A stretch of DNA of 64,000 bases from Chloroherpetonaceae bacterium (GCA_046292465.1 JBKBRB010000012.1:7282-71281), one strand, 5' to 3'. Positions 28,163 through 38,697 are shown, numbered from the stretch's first letter. The notes: generated by a model from the letters alone, not told the origin. Program-made: numbers and translations.

Positions 28163-29386
28163 TTAGAGGTCGGTGGCAAGCAGCATTTGAATTTCACGGA
28201 AAGTTAGTCCTGAAAGGTCGGAGAGGACTTTTTTGGTGAGGTAGCCTTTGTAAGCATATGCGCCGTTGCGCAGGCTGGTGCTTCTCCAAAGGGCGTCGGA
28301 GGCGCTGGCATATTGTCCGATTTTAAGGATGAACGGAATCAAGGCGTTTGTGAGCGCATATGAGGCGGTGCGTGCAACGGCAGAGGGCATATTCGGAACG
28401 CAGTAGTGCGTTACGCCATATTTGACGAACACGGGGTCGGAGTGTGAGGTGCGCCGACTGGTTTCGAAACAACCGCCTTGGTCAATGGAGACGTCGATAA
28501 TCACAGAGCCTTTGTGCATGGTCATGACGATTTCTTCGCTGACGAGCGGTTTCATGACTTTCCCGCGCGGGTTCATGGCACCAATCATCACGTCGGCGAT
28601 TTTGGCGGCTTTGGAGATGTAGTGGTCGTTAGCGATGGCAGTTGTTACGCGTCGGTTGAAGATGGTTTCGAATCGGCGCAATCGGTTGAGTTCTTTATCA
28701 ATAACCATAACATGTGCGCCGAGACCGAGTGCGGCTTGCGTAGCATAATGTCCGACTGTGCCTGCCCCGAGAATCACGACTGTTGCAGGGGGGACGCCAG
28801 CACATCCGCCGAGAATAATGCCACGACCGCCGTTGCCTGTCTCCAAATACTTTGCGGCGGTTTGAACGGCAAGCGCACCAGCAATTTCGCTCATAGAGCG
28901 CACGACGGGTAATTCACCGTCTCGAGTCTCGATAAATTCAAATGCGAGTGCAGTGATGCCTTTGCGCAAAAGGGTTTCAATCAATTCTGTTTTCAGGCTA
29001 CCAAGATGCAGCGCGGAAATGAGAATTTGGTTGCGCTGTAAAAGGTCGTACTCGCTTGGAAGTGGCGGTGCAATTTTGACAATCAGGTTTGATTTTTTGT
29101 AGACTTCTTCGGCAGAGCTCACAACAATCGCCCCGGCCTCGATATACTCTTCGTTTGTGAAGTTGCAATGCACTCCAGCATCTCGCTCAACGACAACACT
29201 GTGCCCTTGTTGGACAATAATTTTCACGCCTGATGGTGCAAGCGCGACCCGTTTTTCATCGCTGATGGTTTCTTTTGGAACGCCCAAGTCGATGTGCATC
29301 TTTTTTTCGCTTTTCATCACGATGCGCTCGAGGGTTTCAAGCCCAACATCGAACTCTTGATATCCGAAATCGCTCGTATATGCCAT
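28163..29386 (-). CDS. ald: Alanine dehydrogenase (AlaDH/PNT family)
   Basis: GVPKETISDEKRVALAP, NAD fold VVILGAGTVGHYA. Start uncertain: ATG 29386, 29317 and 29299 are all possible. Confidence 0.8.
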   Translation of the reverse strand: MAYTSDFGYQEFDVGLETLERIVMKSEKKMHIDLGVPKETISDEKRVALAPSGVKIIVQQGHSVVVERDAGVHCNFTNEEYIEAGAIVVSSAEEVYKKSNLIVKIAPPLPSEYDLLQRNQILISALHLGSLKTELIETLLRKGITALAFEFIETRDGELPVVRSMSEIAGALAVQTAAKYLETGNGGRGIILGGCAGVPPATVVILGAGTVGHYATQAALGLGAHVMVIDKELNRLRRFETIFNRRVTTAIANDHYISKAAKIADVMIGAMNPRGKVMKPLVSEEIVMTMHKGSVIIDVSIDQGGCFETSRRTSHSDPVFVKYGVTHYCVPNMPSAVARTASYALTNALIPFILKIGQYASASDALWRSTSLRNGAYAYKGYLTKKVLSDLSGLTFREIQMLLATDL

Positions 29387-29497
29387 TGTGGTTTTGTGTT
29401 GATAGATATCGAAGTAAAAAAGACTACCAGAGGCAATTGAACTCCGATAGCCTTTCAAACTTGTAACTCCTTTTCTTGCCTACTCGTTTGCGGTTTT

Positions 29498-30199
29498 TTA
29501 GTATCGCTCGCTAACGACTTTTCGCTTCAACGCAGAAATATGCTTAGTAATGTCAATTTCTTTTGGGCAGGCTTGAACACAATTAAAAATGGTGTAACAC
29601 TTCCACAAGCCTTTGTGGTTATCGATAATCCGAAGGCGTTGGTCAGCGGCTTGATCACGGCTGTCGAAGATAAATCGGTAGGCTTTCAGAAGTGCAGCAG
29701 GACCCAAATACTCTTCATCGCTCCATGTTGAGGGGCATGAGAATGTGCATGCGCCGCACAAAATACAGCGCGTTGATTCTTCAATGATTTCTTGGTCTTT
29801 TGCACTTTGATAGCGTTCTGTTTCTGGGGGAGGGTCGTCGTTGCAAAGGTAGGGCATGATGGTTTCATAACTCTTCCAGAACCGCGTCATATCAATAACG
29901 AGGTCTTTGATAACCGACGCCCCTGGCACAGGTTCGATTTTCAGTTTTGTTGTCTTTAAGTCTTTCACGAGTGTAACGCAGGCAAGACGATTTTCGCCAT
30001 TAATCATCATTGCGTCGCTGCCACAAACGCCATGCGCGCACGATTTGCGGTAGGTGAGCGTGCCGTCTTGCTCCCACTTGATTTTATTGAGCACATCGAG
30101 AACGCGCTCCATCGGGTCTGCCTCAACCTTGTAGGTTTCCCAATGAGGCGCGTTGTCTTTTTCAGGATTAAACCGCTTGAGCATTACTTCCAACTGCAT
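29498..30199 (-). CDS. sdhB: Succinate dehydrogenase/fumarate reductase iron-sulfur subunit
   Basis: SCAHGVCGSDAMMINGENRLAC (2Fe-2S), CILCGACTFSCP (4Fe-4S), CVQACPK (3Fe-4S). Confidence 0.9.
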   Translation of the reverse strand: MQLEVMLKRFNPEKDNAPHWETYKVEADPMERVLDVLNKIKWEQDGTLTYRKSCAHGVCGSDAMMINGENRLACVTLVKDLKTTKLKIEPVPGASVIKDLVIDMTRFWKSYETIMPYLCNDDPPPETERYQSAKDQEIIEESTRCILCGACTFSCPSTWSDEEYLGPAALLKAYRFIFDSRDQAADQRLRIIDNHKGLWKCYTIFNCVQACPKEIDITKHISALKRKVVSERY

Positions 30200-30227
30200 A
30201 CTACAAAACTACCTTTCCCTTATGTGA

Positions 30228-31040
30228 TTAGCCTTTTTTGATTTCAACTTTTACAGGCGTTACTTCTTGTGCTTGTGCCGCTGAGCCTGTGCTTTGCGTC
30301 GCGCTTCCAATCACTTTTGATACCGTGTTAGTTAATCCTTTGACAACGTCTGAAACGCTGTTCACAACAGGCTCAAGCGTTTTATTTAAGTCGGTCGACG
30401 AGACGGAATTGCTAATGTTTTTCAGCAAATCGCCTGTGCTGTTGATGACGGGTTCAAGCCCTTTGCCCAAATCGCTGGCAATTTTGGGGACATTGTTGGC
30501 AATCTCAGTTACAATTTGATTGATTTCAGGGAAGCGTTCGTTGGCGGCGTTGATGGTATCGCTGACGGCTTGCAAGGTCAATTTTCCGTCAATCACGCGT
30601 TGAATCACATTCACGCTGACCATCGGCACGGCGGCAAGGTGCGACAGCGTTTCTCTTCCAAGCCAAGTAAAAAACTCTCCGACATAGCCTTGTGGATGCG
30701 TTGAGGGCTCTTTGGGTTGCTCTTTGAAGGCGCGATTGAAGACTTGTCGGGCTTTTTCGGCACGGGTCAATACTTTTACGGGCTTATCGGCAGTGAACCG
30801 ACATTGGCAGGCAAGGCGATGTCCGTTTTGTTGTTTTTCCGCCGTTAGCCATGCCTTTTCTACGTCGTTCATCGGTGAGAGTGCATCCATTCCGCTTTCT
30901 ACAATCACTTCACAAGTTTGGCACAAGCCGTTTCCACCACAGACATAGCCAATGTGCGCTTTGTTTTTGCGTGCAACCGCTAAAAGCGTTTCATCAACAA
31001 GAGCATCGTATATTTGCCCGTTCATTTCGATTTTTGGCAT
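30228..31040 (-). CDS. 2Fe-2S ferredoxin-domain protein with a low-complexity repeat tail
   Basis: N-terminal VCGGNGLCQTCEV...LACQC. The C-terminal ~110 aa carry LEPV(I/V)NSxxD(L/V)(L/V)K-type repeats. Confidence 0.7.
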   Translation of the reverse strand: MPKIEMNGQIYDALVDETLLAVARKNKAHIGYVCGGNGLCQTCEVIVESGMDALSPMNDVEKAWLTAEKQQNGHRLACQCRFTADKPVKVLTRAEKARQVFNRAFKEQPKEPSTHPQGYVGEFFTWLGRETLSHLAAVPMVSVNVIQRVIDGKLTLQAVSDTINAANERFPEINQIVTEIANNVPKIASDLGKGLEPVINSTGDLLKNISNSVSSTDLNKTLEPVVNSVSDVVKGLTNTVSKVIGSATQSTGSAAQAQEVTPVKVEIKKG

Positions 31041-31157
31041 CGGAGTATGTGTTTAAGGTTTGTGATTAGCACTAATGAATCGGCACTACTTGTTGTGTTA
31101 AAGTCGTTAGCAACTTAAAAAAATTCCTTTGCTTTCCAAAAAGAGAAGCGTTCTCTC

Positions 31158-33080
31158 TTACTTTCCGAAAAATCTATCGTGCCACATCGACACAACCAAG
31201 AGCGACCACAAATGCTTACTCCGATTCACCTTCCCACTTCGGTGTTCCTCGAAAAGACGCTGGATAAACTTTTTGTGAAAGAGATTTCGCTTCATCAAAC
31301 CTGAATTGAGAATTGCGTCTTCAGCAATCGGCGAGAGTTTACCATTTCGTAGCCACTCCACTGCGGGCAGGGCAAAGCCTTGTTTTTTTCGGTAAATGAT
31401 GTTGTGTGGAATAATGCCTTCCGCCGCTTTTTTCAAAATGTATTTCGGAACACCGTGTTTGATTCTCAGCGATTCAGGAATCTGCATCGCGAACTCCACA
31501 AGGCGATGGTCTAAAAACGGCACACGCGCTTCAATCGAGACAGCCATCGACATTTTATCGACGCGCATGAGAAGCAGCTCCGCCAAGCGATGTTTATAGT
31601 CTGTGTAAATCATCTTTCGCAGAAAGTCGGCACTCTCCGACGGCGGCACGAGCGTTTCAAATTGCTCGAAGTTTTCTTTTGCAATCCTTGCCGATGAGCG
31701 CACTTCGTTGTAAAAATGGCTGGTGCAGAGTGCGGCTTTTTGCTCTTCACTGAAACTGACGGCGAGCCCATAAAAGGTTGGTTCGTGCCGCACACTTCGA
31801 CCAGCATAATCGGAGAAAGGCGAAAACGGCTTTAGACGGCGCAGAACTTGATGCGACAAGACTTTCAGCGCATCCGGCATCAGTGCGTCATAATACTTGT
31901 GAAACCACAGTTCTTGAAGGTATTGCTGGTAGCCAGAAAAAGATTCGTCTGACCCCTCGCCGACTTGCGCGACAATTGTTCCCGATTCACGGCAGAGTTT
32001 GCTCACATAGTAAAACGGTATGCAGACTGGGTCAGCATTCGGTTCATCTTGGTGCCATACCATTTCAGGAAGGAAGTCAATCGCATCTTGCTCTGTGAGT
32101 AAAATTTCGTGATGATTGGTTTTGAACTGTTCTGCAACTTGACGCGCGTAGCCGAGTTCGTTGTATTTCTCTAAATCCTTGAAGCCAACCGTGAAAGTTT
32201 CAACCGGACGATTCATCAATTCGCTCATGAGCGCAACATTGAGCGAGGAGTCAATTCCGCCCGAAAGCATTGCGCCGAAAGGCACATCTGACATCATTCG
32301 GAGTTTGATAGAATCGCGCAGCAATCGACGAATGTTTTCAATGCAAAAGGCTTCGGAATAAAACTTTTCTTTCGGGAAAATTTCCGTGCGGTGATTCACT
32401 TCCCACCACTGCTGTTTCTTCATTTCGCCGTTGCGATTGATAACGGCATAATGCCCTGCTTCCAATTTGTAAATGCCTTTGAAGAGCGATTCACCCGGAG
32501 GCACCGCGAAAAGCGAGAGATAATCGTAAAGTGCCTGTAAATTGAGGTCGCGCGAAACTGACGGATGCTCGAGAATCGATTTAATTTCAGAGCCAAAGAT
32601 GAGCGCGCCATTGGCAAATGTGTAGTAGAGCGGCTTAATGCCAATTCTATCGCGAATTAAAATGAGTTCTTCCTTGCGCGAATCCCATATTGCAATCGCG
32701 AACATGCCGTAAAGTTTCTCGACAAAGTCAAGTCCATATTCTTGATAGGCGTAAAGAATGGTTTCAGTGTCGGTGCGAGAGTTGTAGCGATAGCCTTTGG
32801 CTTCAAGGTCTTGGCGCAGGTCGAGATGATTGTAGACTTCGCCATTAAAAACAATCCAAATTGAGCCGTCGTGATTGCGCATCGGTTGATGTCCCGCAGG
32901 GGAGAGGTCGATGATGGCAAGGCGGCGGAAGCCGAAGCCAAGCCGTTGGTCAGGGGAAATGTAGATGCCGTCGTCGTCAGGTCCGCGATGCGCGATGACG
33001 CGAGTCATTTTTTTCAGCAGGTCTTCTGAGAGGGCGTTTGGAGATTGGCTGTAATTAAACACGCCTGTAATGCCGCACAT
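31158..33080 (-). CDS. asnB: Asparagine synthase (glutamine-hydrolysing)
   Basis: MCGITGVF N-terminal nucleophile Cys, SGGIDSS PP-loop. 640 aa. Confidence 0.9.
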   Translation of the reverse strand: MCGITGVFNYSQSPNALSEDLLKKMTRVIAHRGPDDDGIYISPDQRLGFGFRRLAIIDLSPAGHQPMRNHDGSIWIVFNGEVYNHLDLRQDLEAKGYRYNSRTDTETILYAYQEYGLDFVEKLYGMFAIAIWDSRKEELILIRDRIGIKPLYYTFANGALIFGSEIKSILEHPSVSRDLNLQALYDYLSLFAVPPGESLFKGIYKLEAGHYAVINRNGEMKKQQWWEVNHRTEIFPKEKFYSEAFCIENIRRLLRDSIKLRMMSDVPFGAMLSGGIDSSLNVALMSELMNRPVETFTVGFKDLEKYNELGYARQVAEQFKTNHHEILLTEQDAIDFLPEMVWHQDEPNADPVCIPFYYVSKLCRESGTIVAQVGEGSDESFSGYQQYLQELWFHKYYDALMPDALKVLSHQVLRRLKPFSPFSDYAGRSVRHEPTFYGLAVSFSEEQKAALCTSHFYNEVRSSARIAKENFEQFETLVPPSESADFLRKMIYTDYKHRLAELLLMRVDKMSMAVSIEARVPFLDHRLVEFAMQIPESLRIKHGVPKYILKKAAEGIIPHNIIYRKKQGFALPAVEWLRNGKLSPIAEDAILNSGLMKRNLFHKKFIQRLFEEHRSGKVNRSKHLWSLLVVSMWHDRFFGK

Positions 33081-33091
33081 TTAGTTAAAAA

Positions 33092-33628
33092 TCAAGGTTG
33101 AAGGAGACACTCGCCAACAGCAATGAGTTTTTCCGCCCCGTCTTTTGTGAGCGATTTGCTTGCCCATACTTCAAGACGCAGTCGCACAGGTTCAGGTGGT
33201 AGGGTATCGTATCCTTCTTGAAGTGCGTCAGGCAGTTGAATCATCCACGACGACCATTCGGGCAACGGTAGGTAATCGTCTGTCAGTTCTTTTTCATAGT
33301 GTAATTTGCCTTCTACAATCATTCGGTAGATGATGCGCTTTGGCATGCCGTCGGGCAATGCGCCAAGATGTTTTGGCAAAAAAAATCGCGCCCAAACGGA
33401 TTGGTATCGACGAAACTCATTTCCCAGCATCGGCTCAATTTCTTTAACCGTGCCGAGACGCGGAATTTCTTGCGCCGCAAAAACCACCACCCCAATTTCT
33501 GGCGATGCCTTTGCGCGCTTACCGGATTTTTTGAACAACTGTTGATGGAATTCGCCTTGCGGCTGCGGTTGCGCAAGCAGAGACTTTGCTATAAGCAGCA
33601 AGGTTGTCAGCAGTAAAAGTTGGTTCAT
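33092..33628 (-). CDS. Secreted hypothetical protein
   Basis: Signal peptide MNQLLLLTTLLLIAKSLLAQ. No recognisable domain. Ends 11 nt upstream of asnB. Confidence 0.5.
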   Translation of the reverse strand: MNQLLLLTTLLLIAKSLLAQPQPQGEFHQQLFKKSGKRAKASPEIGVVVFAAQEIPRLGTVKEIEPMLGNEFRRYQSVWARFFLPKHLGALPDGMPKRIIYRMIVEGKLHYEKELTDDYLPLPEWSSWMIQLPDALQEGYDTLPPEPVRLRLEVWASKSLTKDGAEKLIAVGECLLQP

Positions 33629-33689
33629 TCAATCGCTGGCTTTTTTGTGATGTCTTAGGTAAATATACAGCGAAAACCCTTGCTCCCAA

Positions 33690-34880
33690 CTACTTCGCAA
33701 AGGACTTGGCTAATTGCGCACGGTATTGATTCACTCGTTCCTCGATTTCCGATAAACTATCGCCGCCGAATTTTTCAAGCATCGCGTTCATCAAGACTGG
33801 CGCAATAACGGCTTCTGCAATCACGCCGCAAGCAGGCGCGGCGCATGCATCGGAGCGTTCAATCAAGGAGAGTTCTTCTTCCATTGACTCCAAATTCACA
33901 GAACGAAGCGGATTCATCAAGGTCGAAATGGGTTTCATGGCAACGCGCAAATGAAGCGGTTCGCCGTTGGTCATGCCGCCTTCAATGCCGCCTGCACGAT
34001 TGGTTTTGCGATATGGCTTGCCGTGTGCATCTACAAAAATTTCGTCGTGCACTTCTGAGCCGAAACTCACTGCATTGCGAAACGCCGTGCCAATTTCAAC
34101 GCCTTTAACGGCTTGAATGGAAATAATCGCGGCGGCAAGTTGCGCGTCGAGTTTGCGGTCGTGCTGTGTGTAAGAGCCAAGTCCAATCGGCAAGCCTGTA
34201 ACAAAAACCTCGATAATTCCGCCGAGTGTATCGCCGCGCTGTTTGGCGTCATCAATGAGCGCAATCGCTTTTTCTTCGGTGGCTTTGTCAAGCATGCGCA
34301 CAGGCGAAGTGTCGGCGCGTTGCATTAGGGTTTCTGCACCTTCGGAGAGCAGTTCAAGCGCGGGCGAGGGGTCGGGTTCAATCGCGCTTCCAATCGCGGA
34401 AAGATACGAGCCGATTTCAATGCCGAGTTGTTTGAGAAATTGACGCGCCACAGAGCAAGCCGCTACGCGCGCCGCCGTCTCTCGTGCCGACGAGCGTTCA
34501 ATGACAGGGCGAATATCATCAAAGCCGTATTTCAATCGTCCTGTAAAATCGGCATGTCCCGGACGTGGCACGTGTAATTTCTTGACCGTGTCGGATTTAT
34601 CCTCAAATTGGCTCATCTTTTCCGTCCAATTTTTCCAATCACGATTTTCAATCAAGAGCGTAATCGGCGCGCCGATGGTTTTGCCAAAACGCACTCCGTT
34701 GAGAATATCGACCGTGTCGGTCTCGATTTTCATTCGATGACCGCGTCCGTAGCCTTGTTGGCGTCGCGCTAAGTGATGATTGATGACGTCGGGCGAGAGC
34801 GGAACACCAGCAGGCATTCCATCGACAATAGCAGAAAGCGCACGCCCATGCGACTCTCCGGCTGTGAAATATCTAAACAT
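33690..34880 (-). CDS. aroC: Chorismate synthase
   Basis: FTAGESHGRAL, GYGRGHRM, RPGHADF, ERSSARETA. Confidence 0.95.
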   Translation of the reverse strand: MFRYFTAGESHGRALSAIVDGMPAGVPLSPDVINHHLARRQQGYGRGHRMKIETDTVDILNGVRFGKTIGAPITLLIENRDWKNWTEKMSQFEDKSDTVKKLHVPRPGHADFTGRLKYGFDDIRPVIERSSARETAARVAACSVARQFLKQLGIEIGSYLSAIGSAIEPDPSPALELLSEGAETLMQRADTSPVRMLDKATEEKAIALIDDAKQRGDTLGGIIEVFVTGLPIGLGSYTQHDRKLDAQLAAAIISIQAVKGVEIGTAFRNAVSFGSEVHDEIFVDAHGKPYRKTNRAGGIEGGMTNGEPLHLRVAMKPISTLMNPLRSVNLESMEEELSLIERSDACAAPACGVIAEAVIAPVLMNAMLEKFGGDSLSEIEERVNQYRAQLAKSFAK

Positions 34881-35027
34881 CGTTGGTTTGCTTCATTGAA
34901 CTCACAAGGAAGTGAGAATCACGGGAAATTGCAAATTTACGCTCAACTCTCTCGCACACTTTCTTGAACGAATTGGCGCAACATCGTCGTTTATTTCGTT
35001 TCTATCAACATTAACCATTCAAATTCC

Positions 35028-36011
35028 ATGCTCTATGACAACCATGGGCGACCGATTACTTACCTTCGCCTCTCCGTAACCGACCGATGTAACTTGCGAT
35101 GCGTTTATTGCATGCCTGCACACGGCATTGATGTCATTCCCAAAGATGAAATTCTCTCGTTTGAAGAAATGGAACGATTGCTTCACCTTGTTTGCACGAT
35201 GGGCATTACAAAAGTGCGCATTACCGGCGGCGAGCCGTTTGTCCGACGAGACCTCATCCAATTCCTTTGGCGGATTCATCACCTTCCGAAAGAATTACAC
35301 CTAACCACGAATGGCTTATGGTCAGCGCAATATGTTCCCGAACTCAAAGTGATGGGCGTTAAGGGCGTCAATTTAAGCCTCGACACCTTAGACCGTGAGC
35401 GGTTTCAACGCATCACGCGGCGCGACGAACTCCACAAAGTGATGGAAACTTTCTACGCGCTCCTGAACGCGGAAATTCCTGTCAAACTCAATGCTGTGGT
35501 GATGAACGGCATAAACGATGTTGATATTGTGCCGCTGGCTGAACTCACCAAAGATTATCCGATTGACGTTCGATTCATTGAAGAAATGCCCTTCAACGGC
35601 GAAGGCGCAAGCGAGCCAGTCTTGATTTGGGATTACAAAAAAATTCTCTCCGTTCTCAAATCTCACTATCCCGACTTGCAAAAATTAGACGACGCGCCAC
35701 ACAGCACATCGATGGAATACAAAATTCCGAGCTACAAGGGCACAGTCGGCGTGATTGCCGCGTTTTCGCGCACTTTTTGCGGCACATGCAATCGAATTCG
35801 TGTAACGGCAAGCGGCATGCTGAAAACTTGCCTTTATGACGACGGCGTGCTCAACATCAAAACCCTTATGCGCAGCGGCGCAAGCGACGACGACTTGCGA
35901 ACCGCCTTGCTCGAGGCGTTCAACAACCGTCCTAAAAACGGCTTCGAAGCCGAAGCACGTCGAAAGAACTTCGCCCCTGTTTCAGAATCGATGTCAACGA
36001 TTGGCGGATAA
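35028..36011 (+). CDS. moaA: GTP 3',8-cyclase (molybdenum cofactor biosynthesis protein A)
   Basis: YLRLSVTDRCNLRCVYCMP radical-SAM motif, C-terminal CGTCNRIRVTASG cluster. Confidence 0.95.
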   Translation: MLYDNHGRPITYLRLSVTDRCNLRCVYCMPAHGIDVIPKDEILSFEEMERLLHLVCTMGITKVRITGGEPFVRRDLIQFLWRIHHLPKELHLTTNGLWSAQYVPELKVMGVKGVNLSLDTLDRERFQRITRRDELHKVMETFYALLNAEIPVKLNAVVMNGINDVDIVPLAELTKDYPIDVRFIEEMPFNGEGASEPVLIWDYKKILSVLKSHYPDLQKLDDAPHSTSMEYKIPSYKGTVGVIAAFSRTFCGTCNRIRVTASGMLKTCLYDDGVLNIKTLMRSGASDDDLRTALLEAFNNRPKNGFEAEARRKNFAPVSESMSTIGG

Positions 36012-36014
36012 GCG

Positions 36015-37355
36015 TTATTGAGCCAATAGCCGTTCAGCCGTTTCTTCGGCTTGCGCGATGGTGTCGGGAACGGAAATGCCGCCGCGCCAATTTCCAACAA
36101 ACGCCAGCGTTTTTTCGCGCGCTTCCAGTGCATCGACCTTCGCCAAAATTTCAGAATGTCCAACCCGATATTGCGGAATGGCGCGTTCCCACTTGGCGAC
36201 GCTTTCAACCACAGGGCGCGCCTTGATGTTCAGAATGGATTGTAGTTCTGCCGTCGCGACTTCAATCAGCGTGCCGTCGCTATACTTCACGAGTTCTGGC
36301 TTGCGCGAACCACCAAGAAACACCGTAAACGCTACGGTTTGATAGCGCGAAGGGAAAATCGTGCTGTTATAGACCGCGCCTAAAATCTGCCGTTCTTCTT
36401 TTTCAGGCACAAGAAATCCGAAGCCTTGTGGTTGATCGACTTCCTCTTTTGTAAATCCCAAAAAGACTTGCGCCACAGGCGAATAGGGAATTTTTGATAA
36501 GGCTTCTGAAACTTGCTTATCCAAGCCTTGAATCAAATTTGCGGTTACATCGGCAGGTGTTGCAAAAACAAGGTGCGTTGCCGTGAGCGATTTCATTTCG
36601 TTCTGTTGCACATAAAAGACGCGCCACTGTGTCGCCTCGCGCTGAACGTCTTGCACGTCTGCGCCGCGTTCAATCGATGCGCCGAGCGTTCCTGAAAGCT
36701 TTTGAATAACCGTATAGAAACCGCCTGCAAAAGAGAACATTTTTCCCGAATAAGGTTTCGGATTTTGCTTTGCCTCTTTGGCGCGTGCGATTGCGCCCTT
36801 AATCACGCTTCCATACTTTGCTTCCAACTCGCTCATCACTTTGAATGCGGCGTGTGCGGAAAGGTCTTCGGGCTTTGCGGCGTAAGTGCCAATCAAAAAG
36901 GGATTGATGGCATAATCCAAAATTTCTTTTCCAAATCGGCGCGTTACAAATTCGGCGATGGTTTCTTCACGCGAGGCTTTGGCGATGAACGGCTCACGAA
37001 GCAAACGCAGTTTTGCGCCCAGCGAAAAAAGAGGCGTTGTGAGAAAAGCAGGCGGGGAAGTCGGCAAGGCAACGAGTTTGCCGTTTTTCATTATCCAGCG
37101 TGCGTTGGCGTGTGGCGATGCGCCGAGCATTTCACGGCGCAACCCTAATTCGTCGATGAGTTTGTGAACGGCGTCGTTCGATTCCAGCACCGTGTTTGCG
37201 CCGACATCAAACGGTTCGCCACCAACCTTTCGTGCGCCGATTTTTCCGCCGACGACTTTTGACGCCTCGAGCACTTGAACCTCAATGCCGCGTTGCTTCA
37301 AGCGATAAGCGACGGTCAAGCCTGCAAGCCCTCCGCCAATTACGATTACATTCAT
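36015..37355 (-). CDS. hemY: Protoporphyrinogen/coproporphyrinogen oxidase (HemY type, FAD)
   Basis: VIVIGGGLAGLTVAYRL dinucleotide fold, VLEASKVVGGKI. 446 aa. Confidence 0.8.
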   Translation of the reverse strand: MNVIVIGGGLAGLTVAYRLKQRGIEVQVLEASKVVGGKIGARKVGGEPFDVGANTVLESNDAVHKLIDELGLRREMLGASPHANARWIMKNGKLVALPTSPPAFLTTPLFSLGAKLRLLREPFIAKASREETIAEFVTRRFGKEILDYAINPFLIGTYAAKPEDLSAHAAFKVMSELEAKYGSVIKGAIARAKEAKQNPKPYSGKMFSFAGGFYTVIQKLSGTLGASIERGADVQDVQREATQWRVFYVQQNEMKSLTATHLVFATPADVTANLIQGLDKQVSEALSKIPYSPVAQVFLGFTKEEVDQPQGFGFLVPEKEERQILGAVYNSTIFPSRYQTVAFTVFLGGSRKPELVKYSDGTLIEVATAELQSILNIKARPVVESVAKWERAIPQYRVGHSEILAKVDALEAREKTLAFVGNWRGGISVPDTIAQAEETAERLLAQ

Positions 37356-37371
37356 TGAATTGGGTGATGAA

Positions 37372-38622
37372 TTACGAAAAACTCACATCGCGCCGATGCT
37401 TGTAAAAATTCAGCACAATGCCAAACGCAACCATATTTGCTAACATTGACGAGCCACCGTAAGAAAGAAACGGCAACGGAATGCCGACAACAGGCATAAG
37501 CCCAATCGTCATGCCGATATTGACAATCACGTGTCCGAGTAAAAGCGAAACGAAGCCTGTAAGCACGAGAATCGCAAACCGATTTTTAATTTTTTCCGCA
37601 AGGCGAATCAAGCGAAGCACAAGCAAGAGATACGCGCTAACAACAATCGATGTGCCGAAAAAGCCGAACTCTTCGCCGATAACGCAAAAAATGAAATCCG
37701 TCCACTGCGCAGGAATAAAGCGAAGTTGCGTTTGTGTGCCTTGCAAAAATCCTTTTCCCCACAAGCCGCCCGAGCCAATGGCGATTTTGGCTTGAAGTGC
37801 GTTATAGCCTGCACCTTGTGGGTCGCTCATTGGGTCCAAAAAGGTTTGAATACGTTTGAGTTGATGTGGCTTTAAGAGTTTGGCGGCATACACGTTTGAA
37901 GCAATTCCCGCACCTGCACCTACCAGAATCGACGTGAGCGACCAAGCAAAATCGCGTCGCATAACGAGCATCAACGCGATAACACAGAGTTCAAGCACGA
38001 TAAATCCAATGAGGCTAATGAAGCCCAACAAAGCACAAACGAGCGGCACGCCTAAGAGCAAAATGTAGTAGAAGTCGAAGCCTGCGACGACAATCATCGG
38101 CACGATGAAGGTGAGATATGTAAGGGCTGTGCCTGTGTCGGGTTGAAGCAAGACGAGCACACACGGCACAAGCACAATCGCAATGGCAATCGCAAAGTTT
38201 TTCGGTTGCCGAATGTCGTTTTCTTTGTTGGAGAGAAATCGCGCAAGGGCAAGAATCGTTGTGATTTTAGCAAGTTCAGAAGGCTGAAAACTCGCGCCGC
38301 CAATTTGAAGCCACGCCGCATTGCCTGCAATTTTGCGTGCGAAAATCAGCACGGCAATGAGCGCGACGATTGACAAGCCGTAAGCCAAATAAGCAAAATC
38401 TTGAAACGTGCGGAGCGGCAAAAAAAATACCACCACGATTGCCAAAAGGCTAATCACTACCCAAGTTGCTTGTTTATAGAAAATCGAGAGATTTCCCACG
38501 CCGTTGGACGCGCTGTAAATGGCGAGCAACCCAAAACACACAAGTAAGGCAATCGCGAGCAAGACGCTCCAATCGACGGTCTTCCAGAATCCTTCTCGCT
38601 GTTCGTAGTTTGATTCAATCAT
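37372..38622 (-). CDS. SEDS-family peptidoglycan glycosyltransferase (RodA/FtsW)
   Basis: About 10 TM segments, PSELAK, the [13 protein letters not shown] and PAQWTDFIF motifs. Start set to ATG 38622. The upstream 145 aa of the track ORF overlap era and look spurious. Confidence 0.85.
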   Translation of the reverse strand: MIESNYEQREGFWKTVDWSVLLAIALLVCFGLLAIYSASNGVGNLSIFYKQATWVVISLLAIVVVFFLPLRTFQDFAYLAYGLSIVALIAVLIFARKIAGNAAWLQIGGASFQPSELAKITTILALARFLSNKENDIRQPKNFAIAIAIVLVPCVLVLLQPDTGTALTYLTFIVPMIVVAGFDFYYILLLGVPLVCALLGFISLIGFIVLELCVIALMLVMRRDFAWSLTSILVGAGAGIASNVYAAKLLKPHQLKRIQTFLDPMSDPQGAGYNALQAKIAIGSGGLWGKGFLQGTQTQLRFIPAQWTDFIFCVIGEEFGFFGTSIVVSAYLLLVLRLIRLAEKIKNRFAILVLTGFVSLLLGHVIVNIGMTIGLMPVVGIPLPFLSYGGSSMLANMVAFGIVLNFYKHRRDVSFS

Positions 38623-38643
38623 AGCGCGGCGTTTGTGTTGTAT

Positions 38644-38673
38644 ATTGGCAGTTTCAACATTGGCAGTTTCAAC
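38644..38673. repeat. Perfect 2 x 15-nt tandem direct repeat (ATTGGCAGTTTCAAC) in the rodA-era divergent intergenic region
   Basis: 38644-38658 equals 38659-38673. The sub-motif CAGTTTCA occurs a third time at 38689-38696. Confidence 0.9.
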
Positions 38674-38697
38674 TTTGATGCGAAAATACAGTTTCAG

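Noticed and set aside
28080-28166. 28-codon hydrophobic mini-ORF (MNKHLLLALLLFLLDFDSKGEFVALLFC)
   Set aside because: Its 3' half is the bidirectional terminator hairpin, and it overlaps the ald stop. There is no independent support.
38644-38673. A sigma-54 promoter reading of the TTGGCA repeats
   Set aside because: The spacing and sequence do not fit TGGCAC-N5-TTGC. The second element falls 15 nt, not 11-12 nt, from the first, and the GC dinucleotide is misplaced.
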